A stretch of DNA of 64,000 nucleotides from an uncultured Actinomycetes bacterium (lineage in GTDB: Bacteria > Actinomycetota > Acidimicrobiia > IMCC26256 > PALSA-555). The stretch spans positions 96,108 through 160,107 of the forward strand of contig CAVSWH010000021.1 of the NCBI GenBank assembly GCA_963731625.1, read 5' to 3'. The notes under the pieces are model-generated. The model was not told the origin of the DNA, searched no databases, and saw only the letters and a program-made list of their open reading frames with translations. The translations under genes and the position numbers were made by a program. Shown one piece after another: positions 25,452 through 35,510 of the stretch; position 1 is the stretch's first letter; each line of letters begins with the position of its first letter.

Positions 25452-26888
25452 GTGGAGAGCCGCAACCCGAACGAGGTCCTCGACCTGGCCAAGCGCTCCG
25501 GCGCGCAGTTCGTCGACCTTCGCTTCTGCGACCTGCCCGGTGTGATGCAGCACTTCTCGATGCCGATCCACGAGCTGACGGCGGACGGCTTCGAGGACGG
25601 CTACGGCTTCGACGGCTCGTCGATCCGGGGGTTCCAGGAGATCCAAGAGTCCGACATGCTCTTGATCCCGGACCCGAACACCGCGGTGGTCGACCCGTTC
25701 CGCGAGCACACGACGCTCAACCTGAACTGCTTCGTGCGCGACCCGGTGACCGGGGAGTCGTACTCGCGGGACCCTCGCTACGTGGCGCGCAAGGCCGAGG
25801 AGTACCTGAAGAGCACGGGCCTCGCTGACACCGTGTACTTCGGGCCGGAGGCCGAGTTCTACATCTTCGACCAGGTGCGCTTCGACCAGAACCAGTACTC
25901 GGGCTACTACTTCGTCGATTCGGTCGAGGGTGTCTGGGGCTCGGGGAACGAGTTCGAGCTCGACGGCTCACCGAACCTCGGCTACAAGCCGAGGTACAAG
26001 GAGGGCTACTTCCCGGTCCCGCCGATGGACTCCTACCAGGACCTGCGCTCGGAGATGGTCTCGGTGATGGAGTCGGTCGGGATCGAGATCGAGGTGCAGC
26101 ACCATGAGGTCGGCACGGCCGGTCAGGCCGAGATCGACATGCGTTTCGACAAGCTGCTGCGCATGGCCGACAAGCTGATGCTCTACAAGTACGTCACGAA
26201 GAACGTGGCGCGGGCGCGCGGCAAGTCGGTCACGTTCATGCCGAAGCCCGTGTTCATGGACAACGGCTCGGGGATGCACGTCCACCAGTCGCTGTGGAAG
26301 GGCGACCAGCCGCTGTTCTTCGACGAGAAGGGCTACGGCGGCATCTCGGACATGGCCCGCTGGTACATCGGCGGGCTGCTCACCCACGCGGCGTCGATCA
26401 TCGCCTTCTCGAACCCGACGACGAACTCGTACAAGCGGCTCGTCCCGGGCTACGAGGCGCCGGTCAACCTCGTGTACTCGCAGCGGAACCGGTCGGCGGC
26501 GGTCCGGATCCCGCTGTACTCCAAGAGCCCGAAGGCCAAGCGCCTCGAGTTCCGCTGCCCGGACCCGTCCTGCAACCCGTACCTGGCGTTCTCGGCGATG
26601 ATGATGGCGGGCATCGACGGCATCCAGAACAAGCTGGAGCCGCCGAGCCCCGTCGACCGGGACCTCTACGACCTCCCGGCCGAGGAGCTGGCGAAGGTTC
26701 CCCAGGTGCCGGGCTCGCTCGACGATGCGCTCGCCGCGCTCGAGGCCGACCACGACTTCTTGCTCGCGGGGAACGTGTTCACCCAGGACGTCATCGACAC
26801 CTGGATCTCGTACAAGCAGGAGAGCGAGATCGACGCGATGCGGCTGCGCCCGCACCCCTACGAGTTCTACCTGTACTACGACATCTGA
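25452..26888 (+). CDS. glnA: glutamine synthetase, type I
   Basis: GTG 25452 is preceded by GGAACGGAGGG. The 478-aa product has [23 protein letters not shown]...[11 protein letters not shown] and [13 protein letters not shown], plus the adenylylation-loop context NLYDLP-like (DLYDLP). Confidence 0.95.
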   Translation: MESRNPNEVLDLAKRSGAQFVDLRFCDLPGVMQHFSMPIHELTADGFEDGYGFDGSSIRGFQEIQESDMLLIPDPNTAVVDPFREHTTLNLNCFVRDPVTGESYSRDPRYVARKAEEYLKSTGLADTVYFGPEAEFYIFDQVRFDQNQYSGYYFVDSVEGVWGSGNEFELDGSPNLGYKPRYKEGYFPVPPMDSYQDLRSEMVSVMESVGIEIEVQHHEVGTAGQAEIDMRFDKLLRMADKLMLYKYVTKNVARARGKSVTFMPKPVFMDNGSGMHVHQSLWKGDQPLFFDEKGYGGISDMARWYIGGLLTHAASIIAFSNPTTNSYKRLVPGYEAPVNLVYSQRNRSAAVRIPLYSKSPKAKRLEFRCPDPSCNPYLAFSAMMMAGIDGIQNKLEPPSPVDRDLYDLPAEELAKVPQVPGSLDDALAALEADHDFLLAGNVFTQDVIDTWISYKQESEIDAMRLRPHPYEFYLYYDI

Positions 26889-26903
26889 GCCGGCGCTGCC
26901 CGG

Positions 26904-27425
26904 TCAGGGGCACTCGATGCCGAGGTCGGCCGCGACGGCCGGTGGCGGAGGCGCGGCCGCCCCGCCGGGGCAGCCGACCTCGGCCGTGCCGAAGTCGGTG
27001 ACGGTCCACACCCCGCCGACGCAGTGCACGAGCCCCGAGCCGCCCTGGTAGGTGCCCTCCTGCCCGGGCTCGGGCAGCGTGTCGAAGCGACCCCACGTCG
27101 CATCCGACGCCGCGGTGCTCACGTTCTCGACCTGGTACACGGTCGGGTTCTGGTCGAGGCCGGCGACGGGACTGACCCGCACCGCGGCGGGGACGGTGGT
27201 CGGCCCGTCACAGGGCAGGCTCGCCGCGTCGGTCGTGGTGGTCGTGGACGCCGTTGTGCTCGTCGAGGGGATCCGCGCCGCGGTCGAGCCGGCGCCCGCG
27301 CCGCTGCATGCGGCGGCGCCGATCACGAGCGCCGCCGCGGCCAGCCAGATCCCCCGCCTCCTCGACTGGCTCGACACGAAGCGCCGCGCTGGCCCGACCT
27401 GGCCGGGCACGCGAGCCCCCTGCAC
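26904..27425 (-). CDS. secreted protein / probable lipoprotein with Ser/Thr-rich linker
   Basis: 173 aa. The signal-like RRRGIWLAAAALVIGAAAC is followed by STSTTASTTTTT and a Cys-containing globular part. Confidence 0.6.
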   Translation of the reverse strand: MQGARVPGQVGPARRFVSSQSRRRGIWLAAAALVIGAAACSGAGAGSTAARIPSTSTTASTTTTTDAASLPCDGPTTVPAAVRVSPVAGLDQNPTVYQVENVSTAASDATWGRFDTLPEPGQEGTYQGGSGLVHCVGGVWTVTDFGTAEVGCPGGAAAPPPPAVAADLGIECP

Positions 27426-27435
27426 GCGGCGGAGC

Positions 27436-30210
27436 CTACCGACGGCCTGTCGCGTCGCGCCGTCGGTCGTCAGTCGCCGCGTAGAAGACGCGTTCGACGA
27501 CGTGACGGGCCCGGCGGGTCACCCGGCGGAAGTCGTCGCGCAGCGCCGCCTCGGGTCGGCGCAGCTCGCCGAGCAGCCGTCCGACGCGGACCGCGTCGGG
27601 CCCGGTGGGAAGCGCGTTGCTGTCCCGGCCGGTGACGAGGTAGCAGGCGTTGCGCGCGCGCTGGCAGAAGGCGTACGCCTCGGCGAGGACCGCTGCGTCG
27701 TCGGACGCGAGGATCCCGGCTGTGGCCAGCGCCTCGAGTGCGGGGATGGTCGCCGCCCCGCGCACGCTCGGCTGGGTCGCGCCGTGCTGGAGCTGGAGCA
27801 GCTGGACGGTGAACTCGATGTCGGTCAGCCCGCCCCGCCCCAGCTTGAGGTGGAAGCTCGGGTCCTCGCCGGGCGGGATGCGCTCGCGCTCGACGCGGGC
27901 CTTCATCCGACGGATCTCGCGCGCGTCATCCTCGGGGAAGGGGTCCCGGTACACGAACGGCTCGACCATGGCCACGAAGCGTCGACCCAGGTCGGCGTCG
28001 CCCGCGACGGGACGGGCGCGCACCAGCGCCTGGTGCTCCCACGCGAGCGCCCATCGCTCGTAGTAGGCGCGGTAGCTGTCGAGCGAGCGGGCGAGCGGCC
28101 CGTGGCGACCCTCGGGACGGAGGTTCGCGTCGACGCGGAACGTCTGGCCCTCGGCGGTCGACTCGGCGAGGGCGGCGGTCAGGTGACGCGCCAGCTCGCT
28201 CGCGGTTGGGAGGTCGTGCGGGTCGTCGCCCTCGTAGACGAAGAGCACGTCGATGTCGGACTGGTACGACAGCTCCTGGCCGCCGAGGCCGCCCATGCCG
28301 ACGACGGCGAAGGGCAGGGGCGGCTCGAGCGCGGCGAGCGCGGCGTCGACGCACGCGTCGGCCAGCCCGGCGAGCTCGCGGGAGGTGACCTCGAGCGGGG
28401 CGAGTCCGACGATGTCCCGGGCCGCGATGCGCAGCACCTCGCGCCGCTTGAAGCGGCGCAGGCCGGCATGACGGCTCGCCCGGTCGGGGCGCCACCCCAG
28501 TGCCGCGCGCGCTGCTTCGCGCAGCTCCTCGCCGCTGCGCTCCGCGCCGAACCAGTCGTCGGCGCCGAGGAGCTCGACGACGTCGGGCTGGCGCAGGAGC
28601 TCGTCCCCGACGACCCGGCTCGTCCCGAGCACCCGGCAGACGCGGACGGCGGTGCCCGGCTGGTCGCGGAACGTCGCGGCGACGGCCGCGGCGCGGGTCG
28701 GCCCCTCCGTCAGTCGGCGGAGCTGCAGGAGCCCGAGGTCGGGGTTCGGGGTCGTCGAGAGCCAGTCGAGCACGACCGGCAGCAGGGCCTGGAGCACCCG
28801 GGACGTGCGGGTGAGCCCGGCCGTGAGGTCGCGCAGCGCCGTGCGCGTGTGCTCGGCGTCGGCGAAGCCGAAGGCGGCGAGGCGCGTCTCGGCTGCCTCG
28901 ACGGTCAGCCGCCCGACGCCGGCGAGCGTGTCGAGGATCGGGGCGAAGAAGAGGCGCTCGTGGACGGCGCGCACGCCCGTCTGATGGGTGCGCAGGTCCT
29001 CGTCGAACGCGTCGAGGGCGGTGACCTCTGGGTGGTCGCGGTAGCCGAGCACCCGCGCGAGCGCGCTGCGGCTCCGCGCGTCGGCGGGCACGGTGTGGGT
29101 CTGCGCCTCGTCGCGCAGCTGTAGCCGGTGCTCGACCTCGCGCAGGAACGTGTAGGAGCGGGCGAGCAGCGCGGCATCGTCGGCCTCGACGTACCCGCCG
29201 GTCGAGAGCGCGTCGAGGGCGTCCAGCGTGGTGGGCGAGCGGAGCGTCGCGTCGTGGCGTCCGTGAACGAGCTGGAGGAGCTGCACCGCGAACTCGACGT
29301 CGCGGATCCCGCCGGGGCCCCGTTTGAGCTCGCGGGCGGCGACGCCCCGTCGGCGCTGCTCGGCCTCGCTGCGCACCTTCATCTCCCGGGTGGCGCGCAC
29401 GGTGTCCGGGTCGAGGACGTCGGGCCACACGAACCGGCGGGTCTCGTCGACGAAGCGCTGCCCGAGCCCCGCCTCGCCCGCGACGGCGCGCGCTTTGACC
29501 AGCGCCTGGAACTCCCACGGCTGCGCCCAGCGCTCGTACCAGGTCGTGTAGCTGTCCAGGGTGCGCGAGAGCGCACCGGCCTTCCCCTCGGGCCGCAACG
29601 CGGCGTCGGTCCGGAACACGATCCCGTCCTGGGTCGGCTCGGCCATCGCGGCGAGGACGCGCCGCGCCGCGCGCCGCGCCCCGTCCGTCTCGCCGTCGTG
29701 GACGAAGAGGACGTCGACGTCGCTCGCGTAGTTCAGCTCGCGGCCGCCGAGCTTCCCCATCCCGATGACCGCGAACGGAGTCGGTGGCGCGGCGATCTGC
29801 ACGGCGACGGCGAGGCAGCCGTCGGCGAGGGCCGCGAGGCGGCGGGCGATCGTGGCGAGCTCGGCCTCGCCGAGGAGGTCGGCGGCGGCGATGCGCAGCA
29901 GCTCCCGGCGCTTCCACCGTCGTAGCGCGCCCGGGTCGGGTGCGGGTGCGGGGTCCAGCCCGCCTTGGGGGTCACGCAGCGCGCCGAGGAGCGTCGGGTC
30001 GCCGATGAGCGCCGTGGTGAGCGAGCGAGACGCGCACGCGATCGCGACGACCGCGTCGCGCACCCGTGGCGACTCGACGAGCTCGGCCGCCGCGGCCGGC
30101 GCGGCGTCGACGAGTCGCTCGAGGGTCCGGCGCGCGAGCGGGACATCCGCCGCGGCGTCGAGCGACGCCCCGACGTCCGCTCGTCGGAGGACGTCGTCCG
30201 CGGTCGTCAT
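27436..30210 (-). CDS. glnE: bifunctional glutamine synthetase adenylyltransferase / adenylyl-removing enzyme
   Basis: 924 aa with two nucleotidyltransferase halves (GMGKLGGRELNYASDVDVLFV and GMGGLGGQELSYQSDIDVLFV). Confidence 0.95.
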   Translation of the reverse strand: MTTADDVLRRADVGASLDAAADVPLARRTLERLVDAAPAAAAELVESPRVRDAVVAIACASRSLTTALIGDPTLLGALRDPQGGLDPAPAPDPGALRRWKRRELLRIAAADLLGEAELATIARRLAALADGCLAVAVQIAAPPTPFAVIGMGKLGGRELNYASDVDVLFVHDGETDGARRAARRVLAAMAEPTQDGIVFRTDAALRPEGKAGALSRTLDSYTTWYERWAQPWEFQALVKARAVAGEAGLGQRFVDETRRFVWPDVLDPDTVRATREMKVRSEAEQRRRGVAARELKRGPGGIRDVEFAVQLLQLVHGRHDATLRSPTTLDALDALSTGGYVEADDAALLARSYTFLREVEHRLQLRDEAQTHTVPADARSRSALARVLGYRDHPEVTALDAFDEDLRTHQTGVRAVHERLFFAPILDTLAGVGRLTVEAAETRLAAFGFADAEHTRTALRDLTAGLTRTSRVLQALLPVVLDWLSTTPNPDLGLLQLRRLTEGPTRAAAVAATFRDQPGTAVRVCRVLGTSRVVGDELLRQPDVVELLGADDWFGAERSGEELREAARAALGWRPDRASRHAGLRRFKRREVLRIAARDIVGLAPLEVTSRELAGLADACVDAALAALEPPLPFAVVGMGGLGGQELSYQSDIDVLFVYEGDDPHDLPTASELARHLTAALAESTAEGQTFRVDANLRPEGRHGPLARSLDSYRAYYERWALAWEHQALVRARPVAGDADLGRRFVAMVEPFVYRDPFPEDDAREIRRMKARVERERIPPGEDPSFHLKLGRGGLTDIEFTVQLLQLQHGATQPSVRGAATIPALEALATAGILASDDAAVLAEAYAFCQRARNACYLVTGRDSNALPTGPDAVRVGRLLGELRRPEAALRDDFRRVTRRARHVVERVFYAATDDRRRDATGRR

Positions 30211-30271
30211 CAGTCCAGTGTGTCGCAGCGGTTCCCGACCCGCTTCGGGCGCGTCGCCGTATCCTGGGTTC

Positions 30272-31981
30272 GTGCCGCGCCTGCGTCTCGCCGCCGCTCA
30301 GCTCGACCTCGTCGTCGGTGACCTCGAGGGCAACGCGGCGCGGATCCTCGACGCGTACGAGCGCGCCGAGGCCGCGGGGGCCGATCTCGTGGCGTTCCCC
30401 GAGCTCGCCGTGACCGGCTATCCGCCCGAGGACCTGCTGCTGCGACCCGCGTTCGTGGCCCAGGCGGGCGAATGGCTCGAGAAGCTGGCGGCGCGCACGG
30501 GCCGCGCGGCCGCGGTGATCGGGTATCCGCACGCCGACCGTGACCTGTACAACGCCGCGGCCGTCTGCGCGCAGGGCCGCGTGGTCGGCGTGTACCACAA
30601 GCACCTGCTCCCGAACTACGCCGTGTTCGACGAGCAGCGCTACTTCGCGCCGGGGCGGGTCGATGGGCCGCTGTTCGTCGTCGCCGGTGTTCGCGTCGGG
30701 GTGACGGTCTGCGAGGACGCGTGGAGCCCGACGGGGCCGGTGCTCACGCAGGCCGCCGGAGGCGCCGAGCTCGCCGTGAACATCAACGCCTCGCCGTACT
30801 CCGCGGGTCGCCTCCGCGAGCGGGAGACGATGCTCGCCACCCGGGCGGCCGACGCCTCGGTGCCGATCCTCTACGTGAACCTTGTCGGCGGCCAGGACGA
30901 GCTCGTCTTCGACGGCGGGTCCCTGTTCCTCGACGAGACGGGACGGGTGCTGGCCCGGGCCCGCCAGTTCGAGGAGGACCTGCTCCTCGTCGACGTCGAT
31001 GTCCGCTCGGCGTTCCGCCGCCGGGCGCTCGACCCACGCGGCCGGTCCGGCGCCTCCGTGCTCCCCGAGCTGGCGGTGAGCGAGGTGCGCCTCGGCGAGG
31101 CGCCGCTGCCGCCCCGGCTCGAGGAGCCGCTCCCGCCGGTCCGCGAGGTGTACGAGGCGCTGGTGCTCGGCACCCGCGACTACGTGCGCAAGAACGGCTT
31201 CACGGACGTGCTCGTGGGTCTGTCCGGCGGGGTCAATTCGTCGCTCGTCGCCACGGTCGCCGTCGATGCGCTCGGCCCGGAGCACGTCGTCGGGATCCTC
31301 ATGCCGTCGCGCTTCTCGAGCGAGGGCAGCGTCACGGACGCCGAGGCGCTCGTCGCCAACCTCGGGATCCGCCAGTACGTCGTGGCGATCGAGCCGGCGC
31401 ACGAGGCCTTCCTCGACATGCTCGCCGAGCCGCTCGGGTCGGGCTCGCCCGGCCTCGCCGAGGAGAACCTCCAGGCGCGCATCCGCGGCACGGTCCTCAT
31501 GACTGTCTCGAACAAGCACGGCTGGCTGGTGCTCACGACCGGCAACAAGAGTGAGACCGCCGTGGGCTACTCGACGCTGTACGGCGACATGGCGGGTGGG
31601 TTCGCGGTCATCAAGGACGTGCCGAAGACGTTGGTCTACGCGCTGGCGCGGGACCGCAACGACCGAGCCGACCGGGCGGTGATCCCCGACACCGTGCTCG
31701 AGAAGCCGCCGAGTGCCGAGCTGCGACCCGACCAGCGCGACAGCGACTCGCTGCCCGAGTACGCCGACCTCGACCCGATCATCGAGGAGTACGTCGAGGG
31801 GGACCGCTCGGTGGGCGAGCTCATCGACGCGGGGTACGACGCGGACACGGTGCGCCGGGTGGCGTGGCTCATCGACCGCAACGAGTACAAGCGCCGCCAG
31901 GCCGCGCCGGGCGTGCGGGTGTCCCCGAAGGCGTTCGGCAAGGACCGGCGGCTGCCGATCACGAACCGCTGGCCCGGCTGA
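30272..31981 (+). CDS. nadE: glutamine-dependent NAD+ synthetase
   Basis: GTG 30272. It has an N-terminal nitrilase/CN-hydrolase domain (LAAAQLDLVVGD...FPELAVTGY...CED) and a C-terminal synthetase domain with VGLSGGVNSS (PP-loop). Confidence 0.95.
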   Translation: MPRLRLAAAQLDLVVGDLEGNAARILDAYERAEAAGADLVAFPELAVTGYPPEDLLLRPAFVAQAGEWLEKLAARTGRAAAVIGYPHADRDLYNAAAVCAQGRVVGVYHKHLLPNYAVFDEQRYFAPGRVDGPLFVVAGVRVGVTVCEDAWSPTGPVLTQAAGGAELAVNINASPYSAGRLRERETMLATRAADASVPILYVNLVGGQDELVFDGGSLFLDETGRVLARARQFEEDLLLVDVDVRSAFRRRALDPRGRSGASVLPELAVSEVRLGEAPLPPRLEEPLPPVREVYEALVLGTRDYVRKNGFTDVLVGLSGGVNSSLVATVAVDALGPEHVVGILMPSRFSSEGSVTDAEALVANLGIRQYVVAIEPAHEAFLDMLAEPLGSGSPGLAEENLQARIRGTVLMTVSNKHGWLVLTTGNKSETAVGYSTLYGDMAGGFAVIKDVPKTLVYALARDRNDRADRAVIPDTVLEKPPSAELRPDQRDSDSLPEYADLDPIIEEYVEGDRSVGELIDAGYDADTVRRVAWLIDRNEYKRRQAAPGVRVSPKAFGKDRRLPITNRWPG

Positions 31982-31994
31982 CGCCGCGCCGGCG

Positions 31995-32879
31995 ATGCGC
32001 CGCTACGCGCCGGAGGGCGCGGTGGTCCTCGCCGCGCTGCTCTTCGGCGCCACGTTCCCGCTGGTGCACGATGCGCTCGGCGACATCGAGCCGTTCGCCT
32101 ACCTGGTCCTGCGCTTCTCGATCGCGGTCGCGGTGCTCGGGCCCTTCGCCGTGGTCCTGGCCCGTCGCCAGGGCGACGACCCGCGGCGGCTGTGGCGTGC
32201 CGGGCTCGGCGCGGGCTTGCTGCTCGCCGGCGGCTACGCGGCACAGACGGCGGGGCTGAAGCTCGTCTCGCCGTCGACGTCGGCGTTCATCACCGGGCTC
32301 TACGTCGTGCTCACGCCGCTCGTCGAGTCTGTGGTGCGCCGTCGCCTGCCACCCCGCGCCGTGCTCGGCGGGGTCGTCGTCGCCGCGGTCGGCCTGTACC
32401 TGCTGACCGGCGCGACCGTCGCGTTCAGCGCCGGCGACCTCCTCACGCTGCTCTGCGCCGCGCTGTTCGCGCTGTGGCTCGTCTACCAGGACGAGCCCGC
32501 GAAGGAGCTGCACCCGATCCCGTTCGCCACCGTCCAGATGCTCGTCATCGTGGTGGTCTGCCTTCCCCCGGCCGCGTCGCAGGGCGTCGGGCACCTCTCG
32601 GCCCTCGCGCTGTTCGCCGCGGCGTTCACCGGCGTCGCGTGCTCGGCGATCGCGCTGTCGCTGCAGGTGTGGGGGCAGCGGCGCCTCGGCCCGAGCCGCA
32701 CCGCGCTCATCCTCGTCCTCGAGCCGGTCTTCGCCGGGTTCGCCGGCTACTTGAACGGCGAGCGCCTCGGCCCCACGCAGCTCGTCGGCGCCGTGGTGAT
32801 CCTCGCCGCGATCCTCGTGGTCGAGATCGGGTCCCGCGCCGCGCCCGCGCATCCCGAGCTCGACCCGAAGCCCTTCTGA
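31995..32879 (+). CDS. EamA/DMT-family transporter
   Basis: ATG 31995. The 294-aa product has about ten hydrophobic helices in two EamA-like halves. Confidence 0.85.
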   Translation: MRRYAPEGAVVLAALLFGATFPLVHDALGDIEPFAYLVLRFSIAVAVLGPFAVVLARRQGDDPRRLWRAGLGAGLLLAGGYAAQTAGLKLVSPSTSAFITGLYVVLTPLVESVVRRRLPPRAVLGGVVVAAVGLYLLTGATVAFSAGDLLTLLCAALFALWLVYQDEPAKELHPIPFATVQMLVIVVVCLPPAASQGVGHLSALALFAAAFTGVACSAIALSLQVWGQRRLGPSRTALILVLEPVFAGFAGYLNGERLGPTQLVGAVVILAAILVVEIGSRAAPAHPELDPKPF

Positions 32880-32923
32880 CTCGATCGTCGGGGCGCCGGC
32901 CGGCCCCACCTACCATCCCGGCC

Positions 32924-33448
32924 GTGCTGGGCATCGACGCCACCGCCGCCTGGGTGAGCGACGCCTGCTGGCGGGAGGGGGCCGCGTTCGCCGTGCTCGG
33001 CGGCTGGGTCCCCAGCGTGCCCGAGCCGGCGGCGAAGCTGCTCGTGGCCCGCCACAGCCGTCACCACGGCTGGCACGCCGAGCTCCTCGCCGAGGTCCGC
33101 CCCGTTACCCGGGCCCACGACGGCGCCGCCGAGCCGGTCCCCCTCGACGAGCGCTGGGTCGGCGCGCTCGACGTCGTCCGGGGCGCGCCCGACCTGCCGA
33201 CGGTGGAGCGTCTCGCCGGCGCCTACCAGGCGCTGATGCCCCGGCTCCTCGCCGACTACGACCGGCTGCTCGACACAACCAGCGTGTGGAGCGACGGCCC
33301 GGTGGCTCGCCGTCTCCGTCTCATCGTCGACGACGAGCGCCACGCGCTCGGTGAGGGGCTGGTCGTCCTCGAGGGGCTCCTCGACGGGGACGCCGACCGG
33401 GCCGCCCGGCGGCGCGCCGAGGTGGAGGCGAGCCTCCCGGGCCGCTGA
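32924..33448 (+). CDS. hypothetical protein
   Basis: GTG 32924 gives 174 aa (VLGIDATAAWVSDACWREGAAF...) with ordinary composition, unlike the Arg-rich upstream part of track ORF 32192..33448. I recognise no family. Confidence 0.5.
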   Translation: MLGIDATAAWVSDACWREGAAFAVLGGWVPSVPEPAAKLLVARHSRHHGWHAELLAEVRPVTRAHDGAAEPVPLDERWVGALDVVRGAPDLPTVERLAGAYQALMPRLLADYDRLLDTTSVWSDGPVARRLRLIVDDERHALGEGLVVLEGLLDGDADRAARRRAEVEASLPGR

Positions 33449-33633
33449 TCCCGTGCCCGAACTCGGGGGCCCAGCCGGTATCGTGGACGCTCCCGTCGGG
33501 CGGCGGGCGTGCCTCGCGGGCCGTGCGGGCTCGCTTGACACGGACCGTATGGTACGGAGGAACCCGCCCCCGACCTGCGGGAACACGCTTCGGGGCCCGG
33601 TCCCGCCGGGCGTTCTCTTCCTGAAAGGCACCA

Positions 33634-34575
33634 GTGGCGAAGGAGCGCGTGGAGCGGGACGAGGAAGATCTCGTCCGGCTGTACCTGACCGACATCGGCC
33701 AGTACCCGCTGCTGACGAAGGACGACGAAGTTCGCCTGGCCCAGCAGATCGAGGGCGGGAACGCCGCCCGCGAGGACCTCGAACGGCTGCCGGCGAAGAA
33801 GCTCACACCGACGAAGAAGCGCGAGCTGCGCCGCGCGTCCCGCGAGGGTGACTACGCCCAGCGGACGTTCGTGCAGTCGAACCTGCGCCTCGTCGTGTCG
33901 ATCGCCAAGAAGTACCAGGCCTCGGGGCTGCCGCTGCTCGACCTGATCCAGGAGGGCAACCTCGGGCTCATGCACGCCGTCGAGAAGTTCGACTGGCGCA
34001 AGGGCTTCAAGTTCTCCACGTACGCCACCTGGTGGATCCGCCAGGCCATCACCCGCGGCATCGCCAACACCGGGCGCACCATCCGCCTCCCGGTCCACGC
34101 CGGCGACACGCTCGCCCGCCTCCAGAAGGCCCGCTCGCGCCTCGAGCTCAAGCTCGGCCGGCCGGCGACGCTCGCCGAGCTCGCCGTCGAGGTCGAGATG
34201 CCCGAGGACAAGGTCACCGAGGCCCTGCGCTTCGCCGCCGAGCCGCTCTCGCTCTCCGAGCCGCTCCGCGAGGACGGCGACGCCGAGCTGGGCGACATCG
34301 TCGAGGACCGCTCCGCCGAATCGCCGTTCGAGGTCGCGGCCACGGCGCTGCTCCCCGACGAGATCGAGAAGCTGCTCGGCCCGCTCGACGAGCGCGAGCG
34401 CCAGATCCTCGCCCTGCGCTTCGGGCTCGACCGCGGCGAGCCCCGCACCCTCGAGGAGGTCGGGGAGTACTTCAACCTGACCCGCGAGCGGATCCGCCAG
34501 ATCGAGGCGCGGGCCATGTCGAAGCTGCGCCATCCCTCGGCCGACACCGGCGCACGCGACCTGCTCGCCGTCTGA
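33634..34575 (+). CDS. RNA polymerase sigma-70 family factor (SigB/HrdB-like, no long region 1.1)
   Basis: 313 aa with DLVRLYLTDIGQYPLLT (region 1.2), NLRLVVSIAKKY...DLIQEGNLGLMHAVEKFD...FSTYATWWIRQAITR (region 2), and region 4 LEEVGEYFNLTRERIRQIEARAMSKLR. Confidence 0.9.
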   Translation: MAKERVERDEEDLVRLYLTDIGQYPLLTKDDEVRLAQQIEGGNAAREDLERLPAKKLTPTKKRELRRASREGDYAQRTFVQSNLRLVVSIAKKYQASGLPLLDLIQEGNLGLMHAVEKFDWRKGFKFSTYATWWIRQAITRGIANTGRTIRLPVHAGDTLARLQKARSRLELKLGRPATLAELAVEVEMPEDKVTEALRFAAEPLSLSEPLREDGDAELGDIVEDRSAESPFEVAATALLPDEIEKLLGPLDERERQILALRFGLDRGEPRTLEEVGEYFNLTRERIRQIEARAMSKLRHPSADTGARDLLAV

Positions 34576-34597
34576 CCCCGCCGCCCGGGACCGGGCT

Positions 34598-34691
34598 TGG
34601 CGGAGGTGGCAGGAATCGAACCCACCGGACAGGGATCACCCGTCCCACTCGTTTTGAAGACGAGGGGGGCCACCAGGCCCCGTTCACCTCC
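34598..34691 (-). tRNA. selC: tRNA-Sec (anticodon TCA), CCA encoded
   Basis: The 94-nt minus-strand sequence is GGAGGTGAACGGGGCCTGGTGGCCCCCCTCGTCTTCAAAACGAGTGGGACGGGTGATCCCTGTCCGGTGGGTTCGATTCCTGCCACCTCCGCCA. It has a long acceptor stem (GGAGGTG/CACCTCC), a 6-bp D-stem with a 4-nt loop (GGGGCC TGGT GGCCCC) and the anticodon arm CTCGT CTTCAAA ACGAG. It also has a long variable arm and the T-loop TTCGATT. These are the hallmarks of bacterial tRNA-Sec. Confidence 0.9.
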
Positions 34692-34704
34692 GGGGCGGGT
34701 TGTA

Positions 34705-35505
34705 TCAGGCGGGGACCGGCGTCGCGACCGGCGGCGGCAGCGCCCGGCGGCCCGCCCGCTCCCGGAGCCGCCAGTAGAGGCCGACGAGGAGCCCGAAGCT
34801 GAACCCGCCGACGTGGGCGCCCCCGGCAACCCCGGCGGTCGACGCCACGTACTGGAACTGCAGCAGGAACCAGATGACGAGCAGCCACTGCGCCGTCACC
34901 TTCCGCAGCAGCATCGGCCCGAAGAAGATGATCGACTTCACCCGGGCCTTCGGGTAGCAGACGAGGTAGGCGCCCATCACGGCGGCGATCGCCCCGGACG
35001 CGCCGATGATCGGCACGGTCGAGCTCGGGTCGATCGCCACCTGCGTGGCGGTCGCGATCGCGCCGCCGACGAGATAGAGGAGCAGGAACCGCCACCAGCC
35101 TTTGCGGTCCTCGATGTTGTTGCCGAAGACCCACAAGAAGAGCATGTTGCCGAAGAGGTGCGGGATGCTCACGTGGAGGAACATCGTGAGGAACGCGGCG
35201 AAGTAGACGTTCTTCCCCGGGTCGTGCTCGGGCCCGGACCCGTGGGTGCACGCGTCGGCGTTCCCGTTGTCGAAGGTGTCCTCGTACTCCTGCTCGGTGA
35301 GCGGCCGGCCGCGCACGAGCTCGCACGGGATGCCCGCGTGGTCGACGACGAAGCGCTGGTCGTTGACGCTCACCGACTCGGCGACGCCACTCCAGGAGAA
35401 GTGGATGGCTTTGAAGGGCTGCACCCCGAAGTAGACGATCGTGCAGGTGAGGATCAGCAGGACCGTGCACCACGGGAAGTGCCGGACCGGGTTCTCGTCG
35501 GCCAT
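34705..35505 (-). CDS. rhomboid-family intramembrane serine protease
   Basis: ATG 35505, 266 aa. It has HLFGNMLFLWVFG, the catalytic GASGAI and a downstream GGAHVGGF (His). Its stop lies 13 nt before the selC 5' end. Confidence 0.85.
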   Translation of the reverse strand: MADENPVRHFPWCTVLLILTCTIVYFGVQPFKAIHFSWSGVAESVSVNDQRFVVDHAGIPCELVRGRPLTEQEYEDTFDNGNADACTHGSGPEHDPGKNVYFAAFLTMFLHVSIPHLFGNMLFLWVFGNNIEDRKGWWRFLLLYLVGGAIATATQVAIDPSSTVPIIGASGAIAAVMGAYLVCYPKARVKSIIFFGPMLLRKVTAQWLLVIWFLLQFQYVASTAGVAGGAHVGGFSFGLLVGLYWRLRERAGRRALPPPVATPVPA

Positions 35506-35510
35506 GGGGA

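Noticed and set aside
33535-33560. Sigma-70 promoter (TTGACA) upstream of the sigma-factor gene
   Set aside because: A perfect TTGACA is present, but the nearest TAnnnT-like hexamers lie 7 or 12 nt away rather than 16-18 nt. It was not called.
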